The notes: generated from the letters alone by a model not told the origin. A stretch of DNA of 64,000 nt from Bigelowiella natans CCMP2755 (GCA_000320545.1 ADNK01001509.1:74004-138003), one strand, 5' to 3'. Shown: positions 24,001 to 38,634, numbered from the stretch's first letter. Numbers and translations: made by a program.

Positions 24001-25814
24001 ACTCGGCCAGATACAATACATCTTCTCGGATAAGACCGGCACGCTCACTTCCAACCAAATGGCCTTCGAGAAGTGCTCGATTGCAGGCAAGCTGTACGGC
24101 GACAACCACGAAGGGAGGGGGGAGGGGCAAGGCCGCGCATCATCGTCATCATCAGGAGTTGACGTGAAGAAAATTGAAGGGAGGAGGATGCAGGTAGATG
24201 GGAAGAAACAGCGCCCAAACGATGAGCAGCAGGGTCTCATCAACGACCCTCGTGGTGGTCAGCAGCAGCAGCAACAACGATCACCACAACAACCACAGAA
24301 ACTAAAGCAGAATACAACTACTACTGCTGCTGCTGCTGCTACTCCAGCCACTCCTATTACTACTGAGACTGCTGCTGCTACTCCGAGTAGAAACCTGCTG
24401 GATTCTGTAGAAATCGACGGAGATCCTCGCTTCTGCAATATGCGTGACCAAAACCTTATATCTGCGCTGGTGGCAGGGGACAAGAGAGCGCGCGACTACG
24501 TGCTCGCACTCGCCCTTTGCCATACATGCAACGCCTCTCCCGACCCAGAGAGGCCAGGAAAGGTGGTGTATAGTGGGGAGTCTACGGACGAGATCGCCTT
24601 GGTATCGATGGCAAGCTTTCATGGAGTCCGCTTTGTTGAGAGGAACCGCGATAAGGTCACCCTTGCTCTGCCGTGGCCAGCTAGTGAGGACAATAATAAT
24701 AATAATAATAATAATAATAGTAATAATAATACGCCGACGACGGATTCCAAAGGAGGGGGAGGGGCAAGCACCACGTCATCATCCGATGGCAGAAGCAGCG
24801 GTTTATTAGCGGGGAAACTCGGTCGCGGTTCATCATCAGCATCAGCGTCGTCCTCGTCTTCATCCGGGCGCAGGCGGTTCCTCCGCCAGTATAAGATATT
24901 GCACGTCATCGCTTTCTCGTCGGATAGGAAGAGGATGAGTGTGGTCGTGAGGTTTCCGGACGGGACGATTCGCGTCCTCACCAAGGGCGCCGACAACGTG
25001 CTCAAAGCACTCGCTAGCACGGACGAGAGCGTAAACTCGAAGACCATGTGGAAACACACGGATCAGCAGCTTCACCACTTCTCCCGAGAAGGCCTCCGGG
25101 TGATGCTGGTGGGGCAGAGGACGCTTAGCATGGATGAGTATAAGAAGTGGAGCCTGAGGTACAAGGCTGCCTCGGAGTCCTTCGCAGATGCTTCGGGTAA
25201 TCGCTCGGACAAAATGGCGCACATTGCCAGAGAGGTGGAAAATGACCTCAAGATCCTTGGCGTGACGGCTATCGAAGATAAGCTGCAAGTCGGGGTACCT
25301 AGCACTCTCCAGCAACTGAAGAAGGCAGGAATCAAGATCTGGGTTCTTACCGGCGACAAGCAGAACACGGCGGTAAACATAGGGAAATCATGCGGACTGA
25401 TAGGGTGGGGGTATACCCTTTGCTACATCCGAGAGACCGAGAAGCAGGCGTGCCTTCACCAAATGTCCGCACTTCTCGACACGCTCGGTAATGATGGGCC
25501 CTCAGCAGCGTTGATGGTGTCAGGGGACAGCCTCAAGACAGCCATGATGGACGACGAGAACCGCAACTGCCTCTTTGAGTTGATGAATCACCCACGGGTT
25601 CGTGTTGTCGTCGCATCGCGCATGTCGCCGCGACAGAAGGCGGAGGTGGTGACGCTGGTGAAGGAGAAACTCGGCGTGGTGACCCTAGCAATTGGAGATG
25701 GGGCCAACGACGTCTCCATGATCAGGGCAGCGCACGTGGGGGTGGGCATAAGGGGGAAGGAAGGGATGCAGGCTGCCAACGCCTCGGATTTCGCAGTCTC
25801 CAAGTTCAGGTAGC

Positions 25815-25848
<34 letters not shown>

Positions 25849-26826
25849 CTTACCGACTTTATCTTAGCAGTAGTAATAGTAATAGTAGTAGTAGTAGTAG
25901 TAGTAGTATTGGAGAGAGTTTTACAATGGGGGAGAGAGACACGGAGAGAGAGAGAGAGTGAGAGAGAGAGGACGACGCAAAATCTACAATGACCTCTACC
26001 CATTACAATCGTGGTCATCATGAACATTGCTTTCTTCTTGCTGACTGACTCTCTACTACCGATTATTCGTGCTGTTGCTGCTGCTTTTGCAAACACACAC
26101 GTACACGTACACCCATACAGATTCCTGACGCAGTTACTTCTCGTTCATGGCACGCTGTCGTACTACCGAAACTCCCTCCTGATACTGTACTTCTTCTACA
26201 AGAACATCATGATCGCAACCCAGCAGGTATACTTCCTCTTCTACGCGGGGTACTCGTCGGAAGAGGTCTTTGACGGGTACATGCTCAACACCTTCAACTT
26301 ATGCTGGACCGCACTGCCGATTCTGCTCTTCTCTGTCTTCGACCGCCCCGTGAATGTGGAGGAGCTCCTCGAGTTTCCACAGCTCTACCTCACGGGGCTG
26401 AGGGGGGAGTTGTTCAACTTTAAGACCTTCTGGATCTCCTTCGGCGAGGCCATTCTGCACGGGTCGGTGGTGTTTCTGTGCGTGTGGCACACGCTTCACG
26501 ACATCTTTGACAGCTACTGGGTATGCTCCGTGGCGACGTACACTGCGGTTGTGCTGGTGGCAAACACCAAAATGGCAATGATCACGTCTTCGTGGTTTTG
26601 GTTCAACGTGCTAATCATTCTCCTTACGGTAGTAGTAGTACTAGTAGTACTAGTAGTACTCAAGAACACCACTCATCATCATCATCAACATCATCATCAT
26701 CACCACCACCATCATCACAATGATCATGATCTAATCAACAATCGCTTGTCAGGTGTTGGTGTACTTCGTGTTTATTTCTCTCTACTGTGGGGAGATCGGC
26801 TTTCAGTTTTCTCCCTGGCTTTTCGG

Positions 26827-26862
<36 letters not shown>

Positions 26863-27980
26863 TAATTAATTGCGTATGTATGGTACTCGATATGTGAACT
26901 TGTTGAGTGAGTGAGTGAGTGAGTGTGTGTGCGTGTGTGTTTGTGTGTGTGTGCCATCGCTGTTATATCGTTGTATATATGGAACGGGTGATGAGGAAGG
27001 TGATGATGATAATAATGATGATAATTATGTTGATAATGATGATGATGATGATTAGAAAGACTAGAATACTATACAGATGCGACACCGTCTTCCTCATCAC
27101 AATCACCGTTCATCGTCATCATCATCGATTTTCCACCAGGTAATCCAGCAGATCCTCCAGCAGCCCATGTTTTACTTGGTGGTCTTTTTCCTCTGCATAG
27201 CCGTGGTACGAATAAATGCTAAAACCTCCTAGTTACTACCACTACCCACCACTACTACCTATGATGATGATGATGACCACCACGACAACGAAGAATCAAT
27301 GCAGTAAGAGGTGAAATAGAGCTAATAGGAGATGTGCACTCCATCAGCACAGCAAGCATGATTCTAAATATGAAAGGAAGAGAATTTTTGCTGTTCCCTA
27401 TTTCATGATTGTTTGGGCAGAAGCCCCCTCCTCTTTGTCGGTTGAAAAGCCCCATCACCGCCTCCACCAACCACCATCGTCCTGGTCATCATCGCCTTAC
27501 TTTCTTGTCGTTCATAGTTCCTGCAGGACTTCACGTGGACGTACATCAAGAGGATTTTCATGCCCTCTTTGATGATGCTCGTCCAGGTTGTAAGAGGAGG
27601 GAGTGGAGGGGGAGGAGGAGGAGGAGGAGGAGGAGGAGGAGGAGGAATGTTGTGTCTGTGTGTATGCGTGTTTGTGTGTGTGTGTGTGTGTGATAGTCAT
27701 GTCACTGATTATGACCGCAGCAGCCATATCTCTGGTATATATGATGATAACATATAAGGAAAAAATGATGATGAGGATGATGAGGATCACGGCACCGATG
27801 CTTGTTTGTACGTTATTGATTGTTCTAACCCACTCAACGTCACTCATCTCTACCACGCAGGAAACGAGAAGCAGAGAATATGACAAAAGTAACACGAAGA
27901 AGGAGGCTCTTCTCCTTGCGGTGTGGGCGATTTTGATTGTATTTCATTCATTGTTACTGGTGTACATGGCCAATGATGAC

Positions 27981-28016
<36 letters not shown>

Positions 28017-28429
28017 ATCCACTAACATCATGATGATACGCCCATGTGTTTCCCAATCATTCTTCTACCATTGTTCCATATTATTAATCTGTCGCTTATT
28101 TTACTTAGCTCAACGCCCAGGATGATGAAAGAGAAGGTGCGTTGTGTTGTGCTGCTTGTGTGCAGCAGCAGCAGCAGCAGGATTATACGTTTTGTTGTCC
28201 TTTGCCCAACAAAGAAGTTTTCATGTGCTTTTTTCCATCTCCTAAGACGATGCTTATGCTACTACTGTTTTTGAGGGATTGTTCCTTTAAGTCACTTGTT
28301 ATAATATATGACAACATCTCACCTCACAACTCAGAGTGGAAGACACAAGAGATGGGAAGCATGAGGAATAAGGAAGAAGAACACCACGGCCACGGAGGAC
28401 AGAGGGCAGGAGACAACAAGGAACAATGA
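21089..28429 (+). CDS. P4-type ATPase (phospholipid flippase, DRS2/ATP8-like)
   Basis: Motifs SNYVSTTRYT, NLYEQFQKAANFYFL, FPADLVLL, LDGETNLK, MVPISLYVSME, FSDKTGTLT, FSSDRKRMSVVV, TAIEDKLQ, WVLTGDK, AIGDGANDVSMI, YFFYKN. Many GT-AG exons plus one large exon (about 23686-25809). ATG 21089 splices in phase to 21344. Confidence 0.95.
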
Positions 28430-29049
28430 GATGATAGAAATGGTGGTCCAACACACGAAGAACATGCAAGATTCCACACCACAGTACTACATAAATTCCT
28501 GAGACTGTTTGTTTCCTTCCGGGAGAGAGGAGAGGGGGGGGGGGGGGGGGGGGATTAGGGAGCAAGGATAGAAAACTAAAATATGGGAACCGCGCCAGAA
28601 ATGTTTATAGAGTGATGATGCTCACGACATATTTCACGGATTATCCTCCTTATACACAACAGCAAGAAGGAAAGGGAAGGTCCATCGGTGGTGCAACCCA
28701 ATTCCACAATAGCAGCTTAAACGCGTCCAAAGCATAGTAAGGGAACAATGTACCATGGTGGCGGAGACTGCGCCGGAAAGTGTGCTAGATTATTGACGCA
28801 TGATAAGGTCATTCAGAATTGATCTAATAAAATGCGGTAGTACGAACGCCGAACAAGCAAAGTTGGTAATAACTAGCTGTGATAAACCCCCAGCCGGCAG
28901 CAGAAAGCCTTTCATTATTAATTTATACTTCTTTCGATAAGGAGGAACATTGGCATCGATATCGTACCTAAATGCCAGATAGTATTTTTTTCAATATGTA
29001 GCGTAGTGTCAAAGATTCAAGTGTAAGCTGAAATATCTTGTTATTGGCA

Positions 29050-29900
29050 TGTTGCAATTGCATGGGCGATGCGACAATAAACGTAGCTTAAAAGTCTACA
29101 CATATATTCTTTTCATATATTCAGCCTTATTCGCAGCAGCGCGCGATCAACAGTTGCAGCTGCATGTAGTGTTTTGTGGCACACTAGCACACACCATGCA
29201 CGTCTTGTTGTATACGTCCGGATTTAGACATGCAATCACATCTCTAAGCTAGATCTAGACACATCTAGTTAGCTAGCTAGCTCTAGAGCTAGATATCTAG
29301 CTGCGAGGCAACGCAAGTGAATAGTGTTCTAGTGTTGTCATATAGTGCTAGCTAGCTAGCAGAGCGTATAAGCTAGTATGAGCCTTAGAGCCTAGCTAGC
29401 CTAGGAGCGTGATGCTGTCTAGCTGTGTGCATCTCTAATGATTATAACTGCATCGTACTAGTCTAGTACGTAGTGTAGTCACCATGACCATCTGCTAGCT
29501 AGGTATCCTTGCGCGCATGATCGACTCGCATGTCAGCTAGTTTCCGCGCGGCGATGGCCAGGCTAGCCTGCTAGCAGCTAGTCTTGAAGTAGCATATGGA
29601 TGCGCACTAGCTAGCTAGCTAGCTTGCGATGAATGATCGCATCGAGAGCGAGCATCACTATGTAGTAGCTAGATCAGCTGCTGCAGCACATCTGACATCT
29701 CTAGATCTAGCTAGCTAGCTAGCTCTGACTTAAAGTTGCATTTGTCATGTAAACGTATCTAGCACATATGTGTGCTAGTGTACTGTCGCCACAGCCTACC
29801 TAGCTATGAACATCTAGCTGCCCGCCGTGTATAACCCAGCTAGCATCACGTACGTCTAGTACGTGCTCGAGACAGGATGGATATGAGCAATTTTGATGAT
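29050..29900. other. Block E: strongest CTAG/palindrome zone, at a convergent junction
   Basis: About 40 CTAG in about 610 nt (29249-29860, hand count). Overlapping 16-bp palindromes at 29277-29292 and 29287-29302; CGTACTAG-T-CTAGTACG at 29454-29470. Confidence 0.85.
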
Positions 29901-30268
29901 TGATGCATAATTTACGCTGGCATAATAATAACGATACTGGTCTCATGCATAACTAATGCCATAAATGCTTCCATGGCTTCGAACAATTTATTTATACATA
30001 AACTCGAATCAAACGAGCTTTAACATCATAACATAGTTTATCTGTTTATCTGGGATCCAACCGCAACTTCCACCATGCACGCATGAACACTTACTTATTA
30101 TTTTCTGGACTTATGAAGGAGCACAGAAGATATAGAAGGATAAAGCACACGTTTAATGATCTAGATGATGCTGACGATGTAACGGGAATCCCACAAGTGC
30201 TGACTGTGAGGGATAAGTTGAAGGGAACAGTAGCCGTAGAACTAAGCAGTATCGGTTATGATTGATAC

Positions 30269-30948
30269 TCATGCTTCTAGCTTTATAGCCTTAAGCTCCT
30301 CGCTCACCTGAACAATAATCGATGGATATATCAGTTTTACGAGTGATTTAAAAAAAAAAGTCAAAGGAAAGGAACGCACTTGGACGCCTGCTTTGGTCGC
30401 AGGGTACTTGGAAGCGTCCTTTGCTTTCTCAAACTTGCCTGGAGAAGATGAAGGGAGAGAAACATAGGAAACAGTAGCATTCACACATTGCCTTCCAAAC
30501 ATAAGCAAACCCTGCGCGCGAGCACCCACACGCACCACCCACACGCACCCCCCACACACACACACACGCGCGCGCGCGCTCACACATAAACATGCACGGT
30601 AAAGAATCACCTAGAGGCGTGAGAGTGTTATCGGAAGCGATGTGAGAGAAAAGAGTGCTGGAAACACGCCAAGTTGACTTCCCGGCAGCCTCTGCTTTCT
30701 ACAGTAGTACGACGTCCACACAATGTATCATCTCAAATATTCAAGACAAGTCAAAAAGCGTTACCTCCAAGAATACTATCGCTACAACTAATACTACTAC
30801 TACCTACAAGCAATATCTTGTTGCATGTTACCTTCTTTGCAGCTATCGTAGCATCGGACACGACCACCTCGTGAAATCCAGCAAGGACATATCCCCCTAT
30901 ATTCACAATATGCAATCAGTGCTTTAGTTTGTATTTGCCTGTTATTGT

Positions 30949-30980
<32 letters not shown>

Positions 30981-32162
30981 TCATCACGGTATATTTACAA
31001 CTACTACTAGATGCGCACTGCACATCATCTACGGACTAACGCACCGGTCAGCCATTCGAACTGCTTCCCTGCCTGTACCCAGCGCAAACACACACGCACA
31101 CACACACACACACACACAAAGTGGATGAATAACAGATTGACAAGTCCATTCAGCGATTTATTTTGAACATATAAATTGGTGCTTGCTTCCGTGTGGCAGC
31201 TTGATGCATCTTTGTTTATGGTACTGGGGGTATTCATGAAGTGGGGGGGGGGAGGAGGAGGAGGAATAATACCTGGAGGAGAAGACAACCCGGAGGCATC
31301 TTCACAGCGCGACGCTTGTTATCCCTGATGTATAAGAATTTCCATATATATATATATATATATATATTGTATAAATATAAATATATACAAATTCTCAATG
31401 AATAACATGCAGTATCTAATGTACTGCTGCAGTAGCTGGAGTCTCGATTGCGGGCTATTATCTTTTTCACCGTTCATGACTCTCATCATCATCATCATCA
31501 TCATCATGACCATTTTCAGCACTCCCCCCCTCCCTTGATAGCTGTTATTTCTATCAGCTTCTACAACATAACGGAACCTCGTCCACACGTAGAGGCCAGG
31601 AAATCGCGATTTCCCGTGGATTGTAATGAAGTTTAAATCTGGTGAAAGGGTGGCCGTAAGAACGACAAAATGATTCAATTCTGCAAGCTGCTTTAAGTAT
31701 CCTATCCTCTCCTCTCCCCCCCCCCTCCTCCTTCTCCTCTTCTTTTCTAATTATGCGAAATATTGATATCTGCTAGCACTACCGTAATGGTAGGATGCAA
31801 AAGCGGTGTCCTTTTTCGCATATTTGCTAAGATCCGACCCCGTAGGAGCAAGTAGGTGAGGCCCTGCAAGCATAAGAAGATATATGTCATGATTAGTAGT
31901 GCGTTCGTATGCGTTGTGTGTGTGTGTGTGTGTGTGTATTGCTTTGCCATCAGGAGAGATATGGAGATGGAAGAGGAGGAGGAGGAGGAGGAGGAGGAGG
32001 AGGTTGAAAACATTAGCACACACCATTTTCCATGAGCTTTATGAATACGTTGCGTTCGAGACCGAATCCTGAAAACAATTCACTGCTGTCATCACCATCA
32101 TCATCATCATCATCATCATCCTCAAGAACCTCCAAAATAACAATATCATCAACTGAACATGC

Positions 32163-32193
<31 letters not shown>

Positions 32194-32477
32194 CCTCTTT
32201 CATGAGGTTGCTAAGATAGCAATAAGGTATCTATTCTCCATGGGTGACGGACGGAGAAGAGGAGAAGTAGAAAGTAAGGATTGGCATGCAAAAAGGACAT
32301 GCAAAAAGAACTAAGAACAGAAATGTAGTACCGCCAGCTGCCATTTGTGTGACAGTGCGCACTGTTTGCATAATAAGGCTACCCCAAGTGTCCATACACT
32401 GTTATTACATAAAAATAGAAATCACGATGATGAGGATGATGCACACTACATATTAGTTAAGATAGATAAATAGATAG

Positions 32478-32521
<44 letters not shown>

Positions 32522-33987
32522 TCTCCCAACCAGGAATTTGCTTTGGTATAACATTGGAAACGTTCAGCTGCTTGAAATCCGTTTTCTCAGGGCGCTTACC
32601 AATGCGCCAGAAATACCGCCATTTTGGGTCTTTGCCAGGGGGGCACTCCTGATCGCAGCATCACAGTGAGTATGATTCATAAAGAGATGGAGAGGAGCTC
32701 AAATGTAAACTGGTATCCTTAGTTCTCCTATGCTACTACTCCTCCTACCGTTACAGGTCTGTCTTCGTCGGCCATTCCTTTTGCTCGCTCACAGTGATTA
32801 CGGGCTTGTTCGACACCCTCAGGTGTTGCTCCGATCTGATAAAGGCGCACTCAGTCTTGGATATCTCTTTTGGGAAGCAGAGTTTGATAATGCTTTACCT
32901 GATAATGATACTCAGGATGAACCGTCTCCATTTTCGCCTTGAGGTCCAACTCGTAGAATCTGTTGGCGCATAAGACAACAACGCAAAAATCAAAGAAGAG
33001 AAAGGGGCGATGCATGTACGATATTTATCATAAAACTGCAAGGAAATTGATAGATTTCCTGGAACTACAACCTCACTAATTTTCAGCATTACACGAAGAG
33101 GCATTGGAGAATTCAACAAGCAATACACATGAGCACAATAATGTTATTATTAACTGCATAAAATGACCCCAAAAATTGGCACCCTCTCTCCAGCACTTCT
33201 TCTTCATCATCATCATCATCATCATCACCAATCATCTTATTTATACAATTACACCATCATTATTTACTTTTCCATATTGTCAATGAAGGTATCGTTATGC
33301 TCCATGCTAACCTGAACAACAACATCACAACAACTTGTTCCATTTGGCCATACAAAGATTTCGGTGTGTGTGAAACTATTGGGCAGCACGAGATAGACTA
33401 TCAATTACCCTAGGATCCTTGACAATTAGAAGACCGGTCTCATGAAACATTTTTGCCACAAGCTGAAGAGTGAATACCATCAATGAATTAGCCGATGTGA
33501 TGTTGAGTCAAATAGACTTCATAATCTCAGATGTACCCTCTCAGTCTGCTCCCCTACTGACTACAATAGCTACCTTACAGTCCTCCTCCGCGCTATCAGG
33601 GTCCTTCAGAAACTTGCTCAAATCCTAGATAGGTTTTGGAAGAGTAGATCGAGAAAACGTCAAAGTGGGTGAGTGATGATTGGGACGGCGATGCAGAGGG
33701 TTTGTGCGAATAATATACTGGAAATTACAACAAAGGTTCCTTTTGTCAGACTGACGTGCAAATATTTGCGTCTACATATCCGGTTGCCCCGAATTATTCA
33801 GACGAAGGATGTGATATGTTTATCATCATACAAAAGACTGCCCCCAGACCCACACTTTCATTCACAACGAAGTTGGCGTGCATCAATCAGCGTTGATTAT
33901 CGCGAAACAAATTCTGCAAGACAGTACCAGAACAGGGAAATCTGAGCTCTTTTCATTGCCCTCAGAAGGCACTTCCTTGGTCGCCAT
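30269..33987 (-). CDS. 2-oxoglutarate/Fe(II) dioxygenase, IPNS/DIOX-like family
   Basis: Spliced: MATKEVP...FPVLDLSKFL...LIVKDPRV...YQ...GKDPKWRYFWRIG...GPHLLAPTGSDL...ASYHYDLNFITIHGKSRFPGLYVW...AGKQFEWLTG...GFHEVVV...WRVSSTLFSH...EELKAIKLEA*. HxD...H facial triad and RxS are present. Confidence 0.9.
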
Positions 33988-34569
33988 GGCTCGTCCGTGC
34001 GAGGGGATTGTGGGGATACAGACTGTACCACCACCACCTGATATTTCATCGGAGCCGACTTTTTATTATTATTCAGAACCCGGTACCCTAAGCCCGTCCC
34101 CTTGTCGCAATGAATATAATCAAGGTAAAATACATATAAAAGACATGATACATGGGATAAAACACCGTGAAACACGGGGCGAAGAAATGGGATGGGAGCG
34201 CTTTCAGCGAGACTCCGAAGGATTTTCCGAGCGATCTCCGGTCGTAATAAATGCCCGGTGTTCTTCTAATCCCGGTATTGTAACAACTTGAATTTCGCAT
34301 CACCACGTGGTTTGTTTCTGGACCAAAGTCCGATATTTGGCTGCTAGGTCAGGCGAACTGCGACAGATCAATCCAGCAATTTCAGGCGCCGCCCTGTCTA
34401 CCTCATATCCCTCCTCTGCACCCGTACCAGAACCTGTCAGGGCGGAAATTGTGGCAAGTCGAGAAAGACAGTCTGCATACCTCGATCTACACAGCGGTGC
34501 ACATCCAGGGCAATCACTGCCTCCTAGCCTCCAAACCACAACTTGTTCTTGTTCTTGTTGCTGACCAAC

Positions 34570-35565
34570 ATGGAGAGCAAGTTCTACCCGCAGTATAAGA
34601 CGGTGGACGGCTGGATTGCGAAGCTGTTGAAATGTCAGCACCTCTCTGAGTCGGAGGTCAAGGATCTCGTCGCTAAGGTGACATGATGTGAGATATGTGG
34701 GGTTAGTAAACTGTTTCCTGACTCCTTCCTTCCTCAGGCGCGAGAGATCCTGGAGCGCGAGGACAACGTACAGCCTGTCCGATGTCCAGTGACAATTTGC
34801 GGTGATATCCACGGCCAATTTTACGACCTATTAGAGTTGTTTCATATAGGGGGAATGCCTCCTGACACCAACTATCTGTTTATGGGCGACTACGTTGATC
34901 GAGGCAACTTCTCCATTGAAAGCGTTTCGCTAGTAGTTGCGCTGAAGGTAAGACACAAGGACCGCGTGACGATGCTGCGTGGCAACCATGAGAGCCGCCA
35001 GATCACACAGGTGTATGGCTTCTACGACGAGTGCCTCCGTAAGTATGGGAACGCAAACGTCTGGAAGATGTTCACCGATCTCTTCGACTATCTCCCTTTG
35101 TCAGCAATCATAGAGAAGCAGATTTTCTGCCCTCACGGTGGGCTATCCCCATCCATTGACAATCTAGATGATATTATGGCTCTGGATCGAGTGCAGGAGG
35201 TGCCGCACGAGGGGCCCATGTGTGACCTGATGTGGTCGGATCCCGACGACCGCTGTGGTTGGGGTATATCCCCAAGGGGCGCCGGCTACACCTTCGGACA
35301 GGATATTTCGGAGCAATTCATCCACAACAATAAACTGACTGTCATCGTGAGGGCGCATCAGCTGGTGATGGAAGGCTTCAAATGGGATCACGATAAGAAC
35401 CTAGTCACGATCTTCAGTGCCCCAAACTACTGCTACAGATGTGGAAACCAGGCAGCAACGATGGAAGTCGATGAACTGCTGGAGTACACGTTTCTGCAGT
35501 ATGATCCGGCCCCAAGAGATAATAAACCTGAACAGAAGCAGAGGTCCCCAGACTATTTTCTGTAA
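34570..35565 (+). CDS. PPP2CA: Ser/Thr protein phosphatase 2A catalytic subunit
   Basis: Exons 34570-34677 and 34738-35565. Motifs [28 protein letters not shown]; C-terminal SPDYFL (canonical TPDYFL). Confidence 0.95.
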
Positions 35566-35849
35566 AACCAGCAGCTTGGTACTCACTAAGATACAGCTTC
35601 AACTGCTGAGAAGTATGCACGTTCGCAGGCGTGAGCGTTTTACATTTAGTTCAATTTACTTACTAAATGCAATTGATGTGGAAAATATAGGAACCGTATG
35701 AATGACGACCATATGGACACTAAAATCTCCATCACGAATATATTAGAAGTTTCGGAACGTAAATAAAGAGAAGATGCATTGACTAAATGTAAGCACATTT
35801 GGGTTGCGTTATTTAATACCCTGTTTAATAGACTGCGCGGCTTATGTCT

Positions 35850-36480
35850 AGATGTAATAATGTCAGCTTGTGTTCTATAGCCTGGAGGGCTATATAGCGT
35901 ACGCACGTACGAACATGTGTAGTTTCTACTCTACATCTAGCTAGACTCATCTTAGACTTAGAAGACATGTGTAGCTACAGATGGATCATGAACGGCACTG
36001 CGTGCACATGTGCGTGTGCATCGCGTGACGCCCTTACGCTTGTCATGCGCCACGTGCACAAATCTTGACACACATCGTCATGTGCTAGTGTAGAGTGGCA
36101 TGCATCATGGTGTAAGCATGCGCTGGGCATCTACGTACATGAGCGCTGTAGCACAACTGCTGCTTTGCATGGCTACATTAGGGCGCTAGGGCGACCATTG
36201 AAATAATTTAATCGTTTCATTACATTTGTCTCATGCATACAAAAGCGTTGCATAGTCATACAAGCATGCCTCCGGCTTGTGATAGCATGCCTAAGATGGA
36301 GCACAATTCAATTCTATGTTTAGCGTACATGCCCATGCACGTGCATGAGCTGTAGGACATATACATCACGTGTACATATATGCGGATCAGGGGTGTCGTA
36401 GCTACCCCCATCTAGTAGCAGCTTGTATAAGAGTTTATAAGTTCGCTATACAGAGCACAAATATAAGAGTTCTTTGCTGC
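35850..36480. other. Block F: palindrome-rich zone at a convergent junction
   Basis: Lies between stops 35565(+) and 36532(-). Contains CATGCACGTGCATG (36334-36347) and TCTAGCTAGA (35936-35945). Confidence 0.7.
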
Positions 36481-36531
36481 GCCAGACAACAGCGATAACG
36501 ACAATGATATCGATATTGTGTAAATTCTCTA

Positions 36532-38634
36532 TTAGAGTTGACGTTGACGATCACGTTCGTTTAGCACTTGGGCGAAAATTTGTGCGAGCCTTGAGGCTTG
36601 GTCAGGGGATGAGTCGGCGAGCTCGTTGACTAACCTTTGAGCGTCAAGAGCTTCTTCCTCAGCAATGTCTGTATTCTCCTCTCCATCCCTCTTATTATGA
36701 TGGAACATGTCGGACAGTATCTGAGAGGGGAAATGCACAATCCTCTTTTAAATATAATGTAAGAAACCGCTCATAACAATATACACCTATGAACCCCAGT
36801 GGGTGGAAGATGAAGAATCTACAACTTATATTGAGGCCAGAGCATTACCTTCTGTGCTTGCTCATCGTTTTCCTCCGTGGCTGCCATCTGAAGATTGAAC
36901 CAAACAGATGATCGGCAATTTTAAAGGAGGCTTCAAAGTTGACAAATGCATCCTGGGAACATTGTACTGAAAACACGGCTACTGCCAAAGACCATGGCAT
37001 TTTCAAGGAGCTTTCATGGAATTCATCATTCTATCCCACCTGGACGAAAGCTCTTTGCATGTCTCGATACAACCCACCCTTCTTATACACAGCCATGCTG
37101 AGGCTAATGTCCACGCCTAAGAAAGGAACAGCACAATCAGATGACAACTACACGGAAAACTACTTTGGTTAGCGGGGGGAAGTAGCAGACGTAATTTGAC
37201 GAGATTACGGGATAGATTGTAGATTCACAAATGCTCTAAATCAATTTGTCATAATAAATACTTCTGAGATAGTCGCCCAAAGCTTTGCTCGGTGTGAGGA
37301 AGAAGGATAAGGATGAAGCCGAGTCCTCTCCCACGACCTGTCGTACCCGCTCCAAACCCTTCACCCCACCCCCTTCGAGCATCAACTTCGTCCATATTAA
37401 GCTTTCTGCAGCGTTCATGACAGAGGGTGGCAGCTTCATCATCGTCTAACGAAAGCATACCATCAAGGAAAAGTCAATCGCACGTGCATATTCACGTGGT
37501 ATGCAAAGAAAAGAGAATGCACAGAAAACAGGTTCTCGACGATTTTGGCCCTCTTCATAATTCAATCGCGGCAGGAAACATCTTGAAGTATCAAAATCTT
37601 CGCAACGATCGGTTGTGTGCTTGGGTACGTGTTGGCAGTGCTGCCACTCGAATGCAGCTTGGTCGCTATGTTGTTACCTTGGAGGGAGAAGAAGCACTAC
37701 TACTATCAGTGCTATGTGAGGCTTCTTCTATCATTGATGTTGCTCCTGTTTCTGATGCCTCATTCTCGCTATTAACCCGTTGGTATAATAGAGAAAAATA
37801 CTGTAGGACAGGGGATATCCGTTTACGTTGGTGCTGCTGCTGATGCTGATCTATATTAGAATCCTCCTCCTTCCTTTCTAGCGGCAGAGTTCCAATTAAA
37901 GAGATTGCCTTTTTTGTGGGGAGACCAAACATGTTAACGATCAATCTAGAAAGAAGACTTTAAGAGGAGGAGGAAAGGGGGAGAGGGGGGGGGGGGGGGG
38001 GTTGAGAACGAGAATGCAACTACTGCATGAATCGGGAAAACAGCCCATCAATAAGGTTCTTCCTGATGGATCATCCTAAACCCCATCCCCCCCAAGTATT
38101 TACCTCTGCGGAACGAAGATAGTGATCGACGTGCTGTGATGATGCCAGCTCCAACGCCTCATCAATAAGCCTAGGAGTCTCTATCATTTCCTTTGTTGTT
38201 GTGGTAAATAATACATATTCTGTTAACGATAATCGTCATACTTCTACTTCCAAACACTCTCTTACATAAAATCTGCGAATCGTTTGTAGCTCTTCATCCG
38301 AAACCATCTGTTTGTATGTAAATTAAAAAGCATCTACCAATGCATAGCCGGTGTTAATTATCTAAGCTTCTCTAGTATGTGCACACAAGAAACCTATCAG
38401 TGGCTGCTTTGAATAGATTATTCCAATAACACGCTGATAGACTGACCTCGTTCTAACATTTCAAACGTTTCGAACGATGTGTTCTCACTACTATTAAAAC
38501 GTACTCGCGAAAGGAGCTCTTGGGCTGATTTGTAGCTTTTACTGGCTTTCATTAGCCAACTAAAATCACACAGATGTACTTCCTTGTAATGACTTTGTGA
38601 GTATAAATAAGTATAGTATTTGAGTTCAGACATG

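Noticed and set aside
23516-25803. Long antisense ORFs within the flippase, and similar ones over PP2A
   Set aside because: Shadow frames of GC-rich coding sequence.
29050-29900. Blocks as CRISPR arrays, MITEs or tandem satellites
   Set aside because: No constant repeat-spacer period, terminal inverted repeats, target-site duplications or visible block-to-block alignment.
30269-33987. The 2OG-Fe(II) dioxygenase next to the strongest block as a possible JBP/TET thymine hydroxylase
   Set aside because: Its motifs are IPNS/DIOX small-molecule type, not TET/JBP; adjacency is probably coincidental.
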